Of a stretch of DNA of 64,000 nucleotides, positions 19,061 through 29,302 are shown one piece after another. Source of the stretch: Thermodesulfobacteriota bacterium. Its GTDB lineage: Bacteria; Desulfobacterota_D; UBA1144; Nemesobacterales; Nemesobacteraceae. The position numbers were made by a program, and so were the translations under genes. Location of the stretch: assembly GCA_965220925.1 (NCBI GenBank), contig OZ244851.1, forward strand, positions 1,426,854 to 1,490,853, given 5' to 3'. Each line of letters starts with the position of its first letter. The stretch's first letter is position 1. The notes beneath the pieces were generated by a model. That model worked only from the letters and a program-made list of their open reading frames with translations. It did no database searches and was not told the origin of the DNA.

Positions 19061-20959
19061 CTAGATTACGAAGTCCAGATTCTCGGTAATTCTCTTGTTT
19101 TTCTCGGTAAGTTCCGACATGTAAAGTTCGATTCTTTGCACCGCCGTGCCGTAGTCGTGATTGTTTAGGTTTATGTTGAGCAAATCTATATACCACGGCG
19201 TTTTGACTTCATCGAGCACGTAGGTTTCGACTATTCGTTTCGCGATCGGGAGAGTGGTTGGTTTGGATATGTCGTGTACGTCTTTGTCTTTTGCTCTAAG
19301 CAGCTTCTCATATTCTTCTTCAAGGAGCTTTTTGAAAATCTCGACTGTGAAAACGTCTTTGGCCTTAAGTCCGGTTTCCGGGTCGTCCTCTGTGAGCTCG
19401 GCTTTCTTATGCACCCATTCCCAGAGTATGCTCAGCCTTATCTCTCCGGTCGCGGCATCCTCCATCAGGTAGAGAATATCGTCGTTATCGAAAAAGTCCG
19501 CCGGCTTAAGCGCCGCCGCCTGAAACCCCTGGCCGAACGCGTTTCCGTACTGAAGTCCGACGCTTAGGAGATTGCGGGCTCCCCTGATCGTTCGCGGAGC
19601 CGGTTCAAGAAGAATGAGCCCTTCGGCGTCCTGCTCGGTGTAGGTTAGAGGAGGGAACTTCCTTCCAAGCTGATTTTCTTCGCCGGCTTTTTCCCATACG
19701 GGTCTTATGATATGCACCATTTTCCAGTGGGCGACCCATTTCCCGCTCGCTCCTTCCCGCTGCTCGCGTAGCGCTCCCGCATAAGCTTTTTCCATGCTGC
19801 TTTCGACGCCTTCTTTGGATCCCACCGGTATGTTGGGCTCCATTCCCCCCTGCCAGAGAGCGAAATTCCCGTTTTTATCCGGCGTGTTAACCGCTCTTCT
19901 CACTCTGTCCTCGTAATTTCTCATATAACCGTAGGTCATGGTGATGGATTCTATGTTGGGATTCACAAAATCCTTATCCCAGGCCATCGCGTCCGAAACG
20001 CTGTTTATGTAATCCCATCTGCCGGTGTTGAATCCGACGAAATGTTTTCCCAAAGCGGCTCTGATTTCCATCAGTTGGAACGTTTCTTCAAGCTGCTCTA
20101 TCAGTACGTACACTTTTACCGAACCTTCGGGAAGTCCTAAGTGACCTTCAAGAGCGCACAACATCTCGTTCCAAAGCGCGGCCTCTTCAGCCGTCTGTAT
20201 CTTGGGAAGATATAGCACTATGGAGGAATTTCTTTTCGCGAGTTCCTTGTGGTTGTTCGTGACGTAAAGAGTCATGTCCGCTATTGAGGCGGAAAGAGCG
20301 ACGCCGTCTTCATCTCTTATGTGGCGATCGTCCAGATGAAGCCCTCTTGCCCTGAAAATCACGGTTGTGAAGTCAAGCTGCTTCTCCCAGTTGTCGATTA
20401 TGTCGCGTCCGAAAAAACCATTCGCCCATCCGTTTATTTCTTTTGCGACTTTCTCGGCCGTTTTCAAAAACACCTCGTCTCTGCTGATGGCAAGCTTCAG
20501 GTTGCGCTGGTTGTCAAGGGACATGGTGGCGATCTGTCCGAGCGCGTCTTCGCCGTCGAACATCCAGCCGTCTGCGCCGGAGAGAAGCGCGTAGGCCACG
20601 TTCCTTATGCTTTTTTCAACTGGAGAATTCGGTTTGGCCGCGGGTCCCGTTCCCTGTATCCACTGTCTTCTGAGATCGTGTGGGATTTCCGCTCCCTCGA
20701 ATTTTCCGTCTCTCGCGTCTTGAACCTTAATTTCAGTGCGCGGAATCATGGAGTGGGGGTCGAGAAACGTTATTTTTTCCTTGGATTCATAACGATTTTT
20801 TCTTCTTTCCGATCGTTTCTCCATTATGTCTTTCTGTTCGGCATTGAATTGAGTCATAAACTCAAGCGCCCGCAACGCCTCGGGTGTGTACACGTCTTCG
20901 TAAGATTTTCTGACGCCGTTTCTTATATGCAGCTTGGTTCCGGTTTTTTCTTCACTCAT
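19061..20959 (-). CDS. aceB: Malate synthase
   Basis: GRWDYINS (malate synthase GRWDYIFS motif) and MFDGEDALGQ (DFEDS-type box). Directly upstream of ICL on the same strand. Start chosen at the internal ATG (20959) with an AGAGG RBS; the ORF track extends to 20995. Confidence 0.75.
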   Translation of the reverse strand: MSEEKTGTKLHIRNGVRKSYEDVYTPEALRALEFMTQFNAEQKDIMEKRSERRKNRYESKEKITFLDPHSMIPRTEIKVQDARDGKFEGAEIPHDLRRQWIQGTGPAAKPNSPVEKSIRNVAYALLSGADGWMFDGEDALGQIATMSLDNQRNLKLAISRDEVFLKTAEKVAKEINGWANGFFGRDIIDNWEKQLDFTTVIFRARGLHLDDRHIRDEDGVALSASIADMTLYVTNNHKELAKRNSSIVLYLPKIQTAEEAALWNEMLCALEGHLGLPEGSVKVYVLIEQLEETFQLMEIRAALGKHFVGFNTGRWDYINSVSDAMAWDKDFVNPNIESITMTYGYMRNYEDRVRRAVNTPDKNGNFALWQGGMEPNIPVGSKEGVESSMEKAYAGALREQREGASGKWVAHWKMVHIIRPVWEKAGEENQLGRKFPPLTYTEQDAEGLILLEPAPRTIRGARNLLSVGLQYGNAFGQGFQAAALKPADFFDNDDILYLMEDAATGEIRLSILWEWVHKKAELTEDDPETGLKAKDVFTVEIFKKLLEEEYEKLLRAKDKDVHDISKPTTLPIAKRIVETYVLDEVKTPWYIDLLNINLNNHDYGTAVQRIELYMSELTEKNKRITENLDFVI

Positions 20960-21173
20960 CGCAATGCCTCTGTCTGGTTTGGATAGAAAGCGCAAATTAT
21001 AAACAACTTCACAATTAAATCAAATATCCTCTTCGAGGTTTTTTCGGCGGTGAAAACATAGACGATTTTCCCCCGTGCCGCGGCGAACTGTGCCGAGAGA
21101 ATTTGTCTGTCGGCGCTGTTGTCGGTATATTTGCGAGTCCTATATTCGCGGACAAAACCGATTAAAATTCGAA

Positions 21174-21249
21174 GGTGGGTGTAGCTCAGCCCGGTTAGAG
21201 CACTTGGTTGTGGCCCAAGAGGTCGCCGGTTCAAATCCGGTCATCCACC
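21174..21249 (+). tRNA. tRNA-His (anticodon GUG) with extra 5' G(-1)
   Basis: G-1 + GTGGGTG acceptor pairing CATCCAC + C73. Anticodon stem CTTGG/CCAAG with loop TTGTGGC. T-arm GGTTCAAATCC. Confidence 0.85.
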
Positions 21250-21284
21250 CCGCATTTTATCCAAGCGACGAGAAGTAAAACCAT

Positions 21285-22385
21285 ATGAGCCTGACATGCG
21301 GAATAGTGGGGCTTCCCAACGTGGGAAAATCGACCCTTTTCAACGCTCTTACAAACGCGGGAGCCGCCGCGTCGAATTTCCCCTTTTGCACTATAGATCC
21401 CAACATAGGAGTGGTCGGAGTTCCCGACCCCAGGCTTGCCGAGATTTCGAATATAGTAAAACCCGCGAAAGTCACTCCCACGAGTCTTGAGATCGTCGAT
21501 ATCGCGGGACTTGTGAAGGGAGCTTCAAAGGGAAAAGGCAGAGGAAACGCCTTTTTATCCCACATAAGGGAAGTGGACCTGATACTTCACGTCGTCAGAT
21601 GTTTTGAGGATCAAAACGTGATAAGCGTGGAAGAGGGAATCGACGCCGTTCGCGATATCCGTACGATTGAAGACGAACTTATTATCAAAGATTTAGAAAC
21701 GATTGAGAGAAAAGAGCAGAAACTCGCAACTCAGACCAAAAGCGGAGATAAGGACGCGGTTAGGGAGTTTGAAACAATAAGAGCTCTTCGGGAGTTTGTC
21801 GAGACGGGAAAAAGAGCGAGAGATTTTCCCGTTGCCGAGGCGAGCGAAAAAGCCGTGCGAGAGCTTTCTCTTCTAAGTTCAAAGCCGGTTATTTACGTAT
21901 GCAACGTCTCAGAAGACGAAGTTGCGCAAGCGGAGGCAGGCGCGCAGGTTAAGAGAGTAAAAGAACTTGCGAATCGGCTAAAAGATGATCTTATAATCGT
22001 TTCCGCTAGGATAGAATCCGAAATATCCGAACTTGAGGGCGAGGAAAAAGAAGCGTTTCTCCGCGAACTCGGACTTAACATGTCAGGACTCGACAGACTT
22101 GTTAATTGCGCCTATTCAAAACTGGGCCTGCTCACTTATTTCACCGCCGGAGCGAAAGAGGTGAGAGCTTGGACGGTTCGACGGGGAACCAAGGCCCCGC
22201 AAGCCGCGGGCGTTATTCATACGGATTTTGAAAGAGGTTTTATAAGAGCCGAGACCATATCTTACGAAGATTACGTGCGCGAAGGTTCGGAGCAGAAGGC
22301 CAGGGATGCCGGACGAATGAGGCTTGAGGGAAAGGATTACGAAGTACGCGACGGTGACGTGATGTTTTTCAGATTCAATGTATGA
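21285..22385 (+). CDS. ychF: Ribosome-binding ATPase YchF
   Basis: P-loop GIVGLPNVGKSTLFNALT. C-terminal TGS domain. 366 aa. Confidence 0.9.
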   Translation: MSLTCGIVGLPNVGKSTLFNALTNAGAAASNFPFCTIDPNIGVVGVPDPRLAEISNIVKPAKVTPTSLEIVDIAGLVKGASKGKGRGNAFLSHIREVDLILHVVRCFEDQNVISVEEGIDAVRDIRTIEDELIIKDLETIERKEQKLATQTKSGDKDAVREFETIRALREFVETGKRARDFPVAEASEKAVRELSLLSSKPVIYVCNVSEDEVAQAEAGAQVKRVKELANRLKDDLIIVSARIESEISELEGEEKEAFLRELGLNMSGLDRLVNCAYSKLGLLTYFTAGAKEVRAWTVRRGTKAPQAAGVIHTDFERGFIRAETISYEDYVREGSEQKARDAGRMRLEGKDYEVRDGDVMFFRFNV

Positions 22386-22453
22386 TATTTCGATATCGCG
22401 CCGTGAAACCGGTTTTGCGTCGAAGGTCTCGGTTCGGATAGAGTTTCTGCCAG

Positions 22454-23557
22454 ATGATTTATAAAACTTTCGTAAGACCGTTTCTTGATCTGCTGGATTC
22501 GGAAACGTGGCATGGAAACGTAAAGGAGCTTATGCACCTTTGCGAATTCTCCGGTCTTACTTTGAAACTTTTAGAATTCATCTCAAACGGCGGAAGCAGG
22601 GTTCGAGAAAAAAGACTTGAAGTCACTGTTGCCGGAGTGCGGTTTGAGAATCCTCTTATAGTCGGCGCGGGATGGGACAAGACCGCGAGGTCGATACGGG
22701 CTCTTCACTCCCTCGGCTTCGCCGCGGTTGAAGTGGGTTCCGTGGTCGAAAGACCTCAGTCGGGGAATCCGAAACCCAGACAGTTCATGGTAACTCCGGA
22801 GGTATGCGTAAACTCCTTAGGTCTTAACAGCCCGGGGATGGACGCGGTTTTTCGAAATTTGCTCTGGTACGGTCGCTTGGATATGCCAGTTGCGATAAAC
22901 CTCGGGATAAATTCAGACGTGGCCCACGAAGATGCCCCTCGCGCATATGCGGCTGTAGCCAAAAAATTTCGCGAAAAAGCCGCTTATTTCGCCGTTAACG
23001 TAAGTTCGCCCAACACTCCGGGATTGAGAAGGCTTCAAGACAGGGGGCGGCTTGAGACGATAATAAGCGCGGTGAAGGAATCGCTTGCGGATTCTTCCGG
23101 AGTCGGACGACCGCTTTTCGTGAAAATTTCCCCGGATCTTTCCACCGGGGCGATAGACGATGTCGTAAGCGTCGTGATCGATTCCAAAATTGCTGGAATA
23201 ATAGCCACCAACACAAGCGACAGTGAGGCGCTTAAGAAAAAATACGGTGGAAAGTGGAGGGATATTCCCGGGGGAATGAGCGGAAACGACTTTGAATACA
23301 GAGAGCTTTGCACATCCGTGATCTCCCATATTTACCGTACCACCGGAGGGCAGGTGGAAATTATAGGAGTCGGGGGAGTGTGCGATGCCGCTTCGGCTAT
23401 TGAAAAACTTAAGGCGGGCGCGAAAGCCGTTCAAATAGTCACCGGTCTTAGGGGAGAAGGGCTCTCCGTGGCGAACTCTATAAACAGAGGACTTCTGCGG
23501 TTTATGGATGAAACCGGAATTAAGAATGTGAGTGAAATTACGGGGTCTCGGAGCTGA
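22454..23557 (+). CDS. pyrD: Dihydroorotate dehydrogenase (quinone), class 2
   Basis: N-terminal membrane-association segment, FMN-binding barrel motifs (NPLIVGAGWDK, GFAAVEVGSV, IIGVGGV). 367 aa. Confidence 0.85.
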   Translation: MIYKTFVRPFLDLLDSETWHGNVKELMHLCEFSGLTLKLLEFISNGGSRVREKRLEVTVAGVRFENPLIVGAGWDKTARSIRALHSLGFAAVEVGSVVERPQSGNPKPRQFMVTPEVCVNSLGLNSPGMDAVFRNLLWYGRLDMPVAINLGINSDVAHEDAPRAYAAVAKKFREKAAYFAVNVSSPNTPGLRRLQDRGRLETIISAVKESLADSSGVGRPLFVKISPDLSTGAIDDVVSVVIDSKIAGIIATNTSDSEALKKKYGGKWRDIPGGMSGNDFEYRELCTSVISHIYRTTGGQVEIIGVGGVCDAASAIEKLKAGAKAVQIVTGLRGEGLSVANSINRGLLRFMDETGIKNVSEITGSRS

Positions 23558-23567
23558 ACGAGCCTTG

Positions 23568-23600
23568 CCGCCGCGCGTTCGGCGGAGTTAGTTTGATTTA
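23568..23600 (+). terminator. Putative intrinsic terminator after pyrD
   Basis: GC stem CCGCCG/CGGCGG with 6-nt loop. Lies 11 nt after the pyrD stop and is followed by a T-rich stretch (agttagtttgattt). Confidence 0.4.
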
Positions 23601-23875
23601 CGCGGTCTTGCGTTGAGGGCGGAAAACCGGAGAAGCGGTTAAAATCTCACGCTTTTAAGGGTCTTTTTAACTTTTTTGGGCCGGACACTCAGAGAAGGTT
23701 TTATTCTTTAAAGCTTCCGGTTAGTACATTGTAAGAGAGCGGGGGAGGCGGGTTGAATAAAGGTTTTTCGTTTACGCGAGACTTTATTTACCGTCGGATA
23801 TGTTGAACACTGAAAAATTGAAAAAAAAACGTCTCGGAGAAACGAATTCTTTGCCCGAAGACTCGGTATGATTAT

Positions 23876-25054
23876 ATGGAAACCACGCCTGGATTTCTTC
23901 TAAGCGGCGTATCCGCCGGACTAGGAAAAAACGGAAAAAACGACTTGGCGCTTATCTTCTCCACGGTCGAAGCGCGCGTGGCGGCCCTGTTCACGAAAAA
24001 CTTCGTAAAAGCCGCCCCGGTGATAATTGGAGAGAAAAGAGTCGCCGCCGGCGTTTGTCAGGCGATAGTGATAAACAGCGTAAACGCAAACGCGTGCACG
24101 GGGCAGAAGGGATATGAAGACGCCCTGTCGGTTACGGCCGCGGTTTCGCGGAGGCTTGGAATAGAAGAGTCTCTCGTAGTGCCGTCGTCAACTGGCGTGA
24201 TAGGGCCAAAATTCCCCGCCGGAAAAATTAAAAAAGCCCTTCCAAAGCTCGTAAGGGAACTCGGGGAGAACAACACTCAAAAAGTTGCCGAAGCGATCAT
24301 GACGACCGATCGGTTTCCCAAATACGCGGCGAGGAAGTTCCCTCTCGACGCAAAGATGGCCACCGTGTCGGCCATAGGAAAGGGAGCGGGGATGATATGC
24401 CCGGATATGGCGACTATGCTGTGTTTCGTAATGACCGATGTGAATATCGAGCGAGAAGCTCTCTCAAGTGCTCTCGCAGTCGCGGCGAAAAACTCCTTTA
24501 ACTCTATTACCGTCGACGGAGATACTTCCACCAACGACTCCGTTTTCGTCTTGGCAAACGGAGTTTTCGGAAACGAGGAAATCACGGAGAAAAGCAAACA
24601 TTACGGCGAGTTTGTAGATGCGCTTTCGTCCGTGTGCGGCGAAATTGCCGAGATGATGGTAAGGGACGGAGAGGGAGCCACGAAGTTTGTGAAAATCCGG
24701 GTCTCCGAAGCGAGAACCGAAGACGACGCCGAGAAAATTGCGAGAGCCATAGCCACTTCCCAGCTTGTGAAAACCGCGTTTTACGGACAAGACACGAACT
24801 GGGGAAGAATAATAGCGGCTGCCGGAAGAGCCGGGGTGAAAGTCGATCCGAAAAAGATGAAACTTTTCTTCGACGATATTGAAGTGTTCTCCGGCGGCAC
24901 AAGGTCGAATCCTGAATCAAAGTTCGCCCGAGTGTTCAAAAAACCGTCTTTTACTGTGACTCTAAGCCTTGGAGAAGGGAAGGCGGCGCGCTTGATTCTC
25001 ACAAGCGACCTGAACCACGAGTACGTCTCGATCAATTCCGATTACAGGTCTTAG
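23876..25054 (+). CDS. argJ: Bifunctional glutamate N-acetyltransferase / amino-acid acetyltransferase ArgJ
   Basis: ATMLCFVMTDVNI autoprocessing region (self-cleaving Thr). Overall 392-aa ArgJ layout. Confidence 0.85.
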   Translation: METTPGFLLSGVSAGLGKNGKNDLALIFSTVEARVAALFTKNFVKAAPVIIGEKRVAAGVCQAIVINSVNANACTGQKGYEDALSVTAAVSRRLGIEESLVVPSSTGVIGPKFPAGKIKKALPKLVRELGENNTQKVAEAIMTTDRFPKYAARKFPLDAKMATVSAIGKGAGMICPDMATMLCFVMTDVNIEREALSSALAVAAKNSFNSITVDGDTSTNDSVFVLANGVFGNEEITEKSKHYGEFVDALSSVCGEIAEMMVRDGEGATKFVKIRVSEARTEDDAEKIARAIATSQLVKTAFYGQDTNWGRIIAAAGRAGVKVDPKKMKLFFDDIEVFSGGTRSNPESKFARVFKKPSFTVTLSLGEGKAARLILTSDLNHEYVSINSDYRS

Positions 25055-25086
25055 GATAAATATAGGCTCGGGAGAGATTGTTCGGT

Positions 25087-25779
25087 TTAAATCTCTATTT
25101 CGTTCGGAAATCCGGTCTTTCCAAGACGTCTGCCTGTGCGATATTCAATGTATTTTGTAAGGGTCCGTATATTATCTCTAACTTTTTCCGGATGAACGTT
25201 CATTATCTCGGGCTGCTTCATTATATCCAAGTGAAAGCCGTGGACGTTTCTTTTCCCGCGAGCTTGAGAAGAACTGTCAATCTTTCCGCTTTCTATATCG
25301 AACCAGGCAAAATCCTTTTCTTCGTCAAGGGGAATATCCGGAGCGTAACCGCAAAAACCGATTGCGCGCAGAAGAAAAAGAAGAAAAAGCGGACGAGGCT
25401 CGTGTTTTTTCGAAAGGAGCTCCATGGTGGCGGTGGTAAGATCGTAGAACTCGGTAGCGGGTTCGTCTTCGGGTATTAGAAAATCCGCTAATTGAAGTAC
25501 GCCGACGGCGGAGGTGAAAGAGTCTAAAGACTCCGTTATTTCTCTATAGCTTCGCTTTAAAATCACATCCCCGACAAGGTTGAATCTTCCTTTGTTTAAA
25601 GTTACTTCGATTGCCAGGCGATTGAAGAAATCAAAACGTCCGCCGAAACGTTTACGGCTTTTCTTCGCGTTTTTGGCAAGCGCCCTGAATTTCCCGGATT
25701 CTCTTGAGAAAAGAGTTACGAGAAGATCGGCTTCCCCGTAACTGGATTTTTTTAAAATCAATGCGTCGTGAGTTTCCAT
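25087..25779 (-). CDS. recO: DNA repair protein RecO
   Basis: N-terminal OB-fold (ALILKKSSYGEADLLVTLFSRESGK). 230 aa. Confidence 0.75.
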   Translation of the reverse strand: METHDALILKKSSYGEADLLVTLFSRESGKFRALAKNAKKSRKRFGGRFDFFNRLAIEVTLNKGRFNLVGDVILKRSYREITESLDSFTSAVGVLQLADFLIPEDEPATEFYDLTTATMELLSKKHEPRPLFLLFLLRAIGFCGYAPDIPLDEEKDFAWFDIESGKIDSSSQARGKRNVHGFHLDIMKQPEIMNVHPEKVRDNIRTLTKYIEYRTGRRLGKTGFPNEIEI

Positions 25780-26119
25780 GGTTTTCCAACCGGATTATCG
25801 GTGCGGGGATTTTCGAGAAGTTCTGATATTTACCGGGCTTTCCACCTCGAAAATTAACGATCGTTTATCCCCCACAAGTTGGAAATCTTTCCGGTTAAAA
25901 CCGTTTTTATCAAACACAAAACAAATAGCCGCGCGCGGTAAATGGTTTTACCGAACGAGTGCGTTATTTCTGCGGAAAGATTGACCAAGTCTATCGGGCG
26001 AAAACTTATATTCTCGAATACGTCCTTGGAACTTTCTCTAAAAAAATCAATTCACTTAAACCTGTGGCGGTAATGACCGTTTGTTTGTCGGAAACATCCG
26101 GTAGAATCTGATATCCAAA

Positions 26120-26962
26120 ATGACTTTTTTAAAGAAATTTTCGGGATTTGTGAAAATAGAGCATACGTTTTTCTCCCTTCCGGTTATTTTTTCAGGGGCT
26201 TTTTTAGCCGCCGGCGGAACTTTCGGTATCAGGCTTTTCATCCTGATATTTCTTGCGGGCGCGGGAGCTAGAACTTTCGCCCTCGCGCTTAACCGTATCT
26301 TCGATCGCGAAATAGACCGTCAAAACCCTAGAACGGCCGCAAGAGAGCTTCCCTCGGGCAAAATGGACCTGCGTGAAGCTGTTGCGATAGCGGCCGCGGG
26401 CGCTCTGCTTTACTTTGTTTGCGCTTACCTTATATGTCCCCTGGTGTTTTTTCTATCTCCTTTGCCGCTTGCGGCTTTCACCTTCTATCCGCTGATGAAG
26501 AGATTTACCAGTCTTTGTCATTTCGGCGTAGGATTTTCGCTGGCGCTAGCCCCGGTCGGCGGTTGGATTGCCGTGAGGTGTTCTCTTGAAGAAATGCTCG
26601 CGGCGATTGTGCTTGCGTTTTTTACTTTCTTCTGGATTTCCGGTTTCGATATAATATACGCGACCGCGGATGAGGAATTTGATCGCAGTCGAGGCGTTTT
26701 TTCCCTAGTTTCAAGTTTTGGAAAACAAAGAGCGCTTGAAGTTTCCCGGATTTGCCACCTGCTCGCGTTTCTCTCCCTCGTCTTTCTTTACTTTCTTTCG
26801 TTTCGAACTTTATTCGCGCTTCTGCCGCTTGCGCTTTCCGGATACCTTCTCTACCTTGAACACGGAAGCTTCGGGGATGTGAATTCAGCTTTTTTCAGAA
26901 TCAACATTCTCGAGGGATTCGCGGTTTTCTTTTTCATACTCGCGGGTATATACTTACCCTAA
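26120..26962 (+). CDS. UbiA-family aromatic prenyltransferase (candidate MqnP, futalosine pathway)
   Basis: Polytopic membrane protein with an NRIFDREIDRQNPRT Asp-rich motif. First gene of the UbiA-UbiX-UbiD-radical SAM array. Confidence 0.7.
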   Translation: MTFLKKFSGFVKIEHTFFSLPVIFSGAFLAAGGTFGIRLFILIFLAGAGARTFALALNRIFDREIDRQNPRTAARELPSGKMDLREAVAIAAAGALLYFVCAYLICPLVFFLSPLPLAAFTFYPLMKRFTSLCHFGVGFSLALAPVGGWIAVRCSLEEMLAAIVLAFFTFFWISGFDIIYATADEEFDRSRGVFSLVSSFGKQRALEVSRICHLLAFLSLVFLYFLSFRTLFALLPLALSGYLLYLEHGSFGDVNSAFFRINILEGFAVFFFILAGIYLP

Positions 26963-26965
26963 ACG

Positions 26966-27517
26966 ATGAGAACCATAGTGGGAATTACCGGAGCTTCCGG
27001 GGTTGCGTACGGAGTGGACTTCCTTAGAAGATGTCCGGGTGAAAAATTTCTTGTGGCGAGCAAATGGGGAAAAAGAGTTCTTCACGAGGAGCTTGGTCTT
27101 AAGGTTGAGGAAATTCGGCCTTGGGTAAAGGATATCTACAGAGATTCGGATCTTGCCTCTCCTTTTTCCTCCGGGAGCAATCATTTCGATTCCATGGTGA
27201 TAGTTCCCTGCTCGGTTTCAACGCTGGCGAAAATCGCAAACGGAATAGCCGACACTTTGATAACGAGAATTGCCGCCGTCGCTCTTAAGGAAAAAAGAAG
27301 ACTCGTGATCGCGCTCCGCGAGACTCCGCTCAGTACTGTAGCTATCGAGAACGCTCTTCGACTTTCGCGCGAGGGAGTGATAATCGCGCCGATTTCTCCG
27401 ACGGACTACATGGGTGGGGACTCGGTTTCGGACGTGGTGAGCGGGTATGTGAATAAGCTTCTTGGCGTCGTTGGCGTCGATGCGGGCGGGGGATGGAAAA
27501 GCACCGAGTTAGAGTAA
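26966..27517 (+). CDS. ubiX: UbiX-family flavin prenyltransferase (candidate MqnL)
   Basis: N-terminal GITGASG flavoprotein fold. 183 aa. Starts 4 bp after the UbiA stop. Confidence 0.8.
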   Translation: MRTIVGITGASGVAYGVDFLRRCPGEKFLVASKWGKRVLHEELGLKVEEIRPWVKDIYRDSDLASPFSSGSNHFDSMVIVPCSVSTLAKIANGIADTLITRIAAVALKEKRRLVIALRETPLSTVAIENALRLSREGVIIAPISPTDYMGGDSVSDVVSGYVNKLLGVVGVDAGGGWKSTELE

Positions 27518-27526
27518 TTTTCTCCC

Positions 27527-29302
27527 ATGCCCAGTAAAAATTTCAAAAATCTTTCAAGCTATATAGATCATCTTGAAGCCACCGGCGATCTTAAGAGGAT
27601 AAAAACGGAGGTTTCTCCCGAGCTTGAAATAACTGAGATAGCTTCCCGCACGGTTAAAGACGGCGGTCCCGCGCTTATTTTCGAGAACGTTGCCGGTTCT
27701 GATTTCCCCTTGGCGATAAATCTCTTCGGCACCGAGCGCAGGGTTGAACTCGCCCTCGGCAGAAAACCCGCGGAAATCGGCGAGGAACTCGTTGAAATAT
27801 TTCGCAAAGTCAATCCCCCGACCATAAAAGGGATTTTTTCCATACTGCCAAAGGCGGTGAATCTGCTTTCCATGAGAACCAAGTCCGTAAGTCGCGGCGA
27901 TGTTCAGCATATAGAGACCGAACCCGATCTCTCAAGACTTCCCGTAATAAAATGTTGGCCCAAAGACGGCGGGAAATTTGTAACCCTGGGCCTGGTTTTA
28001 ACGAGAGATCCCGCGACGGGAAGCAGAAACTTGGGCATATACAGGCTTCAGGTGTATGATCGCAAGACTACGGGGATGCATTGGCATCCGCATAAAGGAG
28101 GAGCGGCTCACTACCACGAGGCGAAGAAGCTTAACAGAGATCTTGAAGTTGCGGTGATTCTCGGCGGAGATCCGAAGATGATTTTCTCCGCGATCGCTCC
28201 GCTTCCCGACGGCGTGGACGAACTTGCGTTTGCAAGCTACCTGCGCGGAAACCCTATACCGATGGTAAAAGGCAAAAGCGTGTCCCTTCGCGTTCCGGCC
28301 GATGCGGAATTCATACTTGAGGGCTATGTTCCCAAAGATGAGCTTAGGCTTGAGGGGCCTTTCGGAGATCACTTCGGTCACTACTCCATGGAGTCGGATT
28401 TTCCCGTTTTCAATCTAAGGGAGATAACTCACAGAAAAAATCCCGTTTATCCCGCCACCGTGGTCGGCAAGCCTCCTCAGGAAGATCTGTATCTTGGAAT
28501 AGCCGCGGGAGAAATGTTCTCCCCACTTATAAAGATAATACAACCCGAGATAAAAGATATGTGCGCTTATCCGGAAGCGGGGTTTCACAACCTTTTGGCC
28601 GTCTCGGTCGACGAAAGATATCCCAAAGGAGGCGTAAAGGCCATGCTTGCGCTCTGGGGAACCGGGCAGCTTCTTTTGACAAAATGCATGATTTGCGTTT
28701 CTAGTGAGGTGGATCCCAGGGATTTTTCCGCGGTATTGCGTGAAGTGGGAGAAAATTTTGATCCCAGAGAAGATTTCATGCTAGTTCAGTGGGCTCCCTT
28801 GGACACTCTTGATTTTACCAGCAAGAAACTTAATGTGGGAAGTAAGATGGGAATAAACGCCGTGCGGAAAAACTCGGCCGAAAGAAAAACCTACGCCAAA
28901 GAGATCGCGGATCCCAGAGAGCGGCATTCGGAGATAAAAGCTTTTCGACTTCTCGAGGGAGGTTTCTGCGTCGTTAAGGTTGACGAATCTCAAACCGACC
29001 CGAAGGCGTTAATCCGCAAGCTTTTCGAAACTCCCGGGCTTGAAGAAGTTCGCATAATCGCGGTCGTGAGCTTGGATATAGATATATTAGATGACATGAA
29101 TCTTATTTGGGGTATTTTTACCAGGTTCGATCCTTATCTGGATGTGCTGTTTGAACATACCGAACTTCGAGGATGTGCGGTTACCTACGAAGGCAGAATG
29201 GGGATCGACGCCACCGTGAAGCATTGGTACCCTCCGGTGATAGAGATGTCCGAAGACGTGAAAAACAAAGTGGAGGCGAGATGGAACGAGTACTGGAACT
29301 GA
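27527..29302 (+). CDS. ubiD: UbiD-family (prFMN-dependent) decarboxylase (candidate MqnM)
   Basis: 591-aa UbiD fold. Immediately follows ubiX-like. Confidence 0.8.
   Translation: MPSKNFKNLSSYIDHLEATGDLKRIKTEVSPELEITEIASRTVKDGGPALIFENVAGSDFPLAINLFGTERRVELALGRKPAEIGEELVEIFRKVNPPTIKGIFSILPKAVNLLSMRTKSVSRGDVQHIETEPDLSRLPVIKCWPKDGGKFVTLGLVLTRDPATGSRNLGIYRLQVYDRKTTGMHWHPHKGGAAHYHEAKKLNRDLEVAVILGGDPKMIFSAIAPLPDGVDELAFASYLRGNPIPMVKGKSVSLRVPADAEFILEGYVPKDELRLEGPFGDHFGHYSMESDFPVFNLREITHRKNPVYPATVVGKPPQEDLYLGIAAGEMFSPLIKIIQPEIKDMCAYPEAGFHNLLAVSVDERYPKGGVKAMLALWGTGQLLLTKCMICVSSEVDPRDFSAVLREVGENFDPREDFMLVQWAPLDTLDFTSKKLNVGSKMGINAVRKNSAERKTYAKEIADPRERHSEIKAFRLLEGGFCVVKVDESQTDPKALIRKLFETPGLEEVRIIAVVSLDIDILDDMNLIWGIFTRFDPYLDVLFEHTELRGCAVTYEGRMGIDATVKHWYPPVIEMSEDVKNKVEARWNEYWN

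Noticed and set aside
21075-21278. 67-aa ORF overlapping tRNA-His
   Set aside because: It reads straight through a canonical tRNA cloverleaf. It is spurious.
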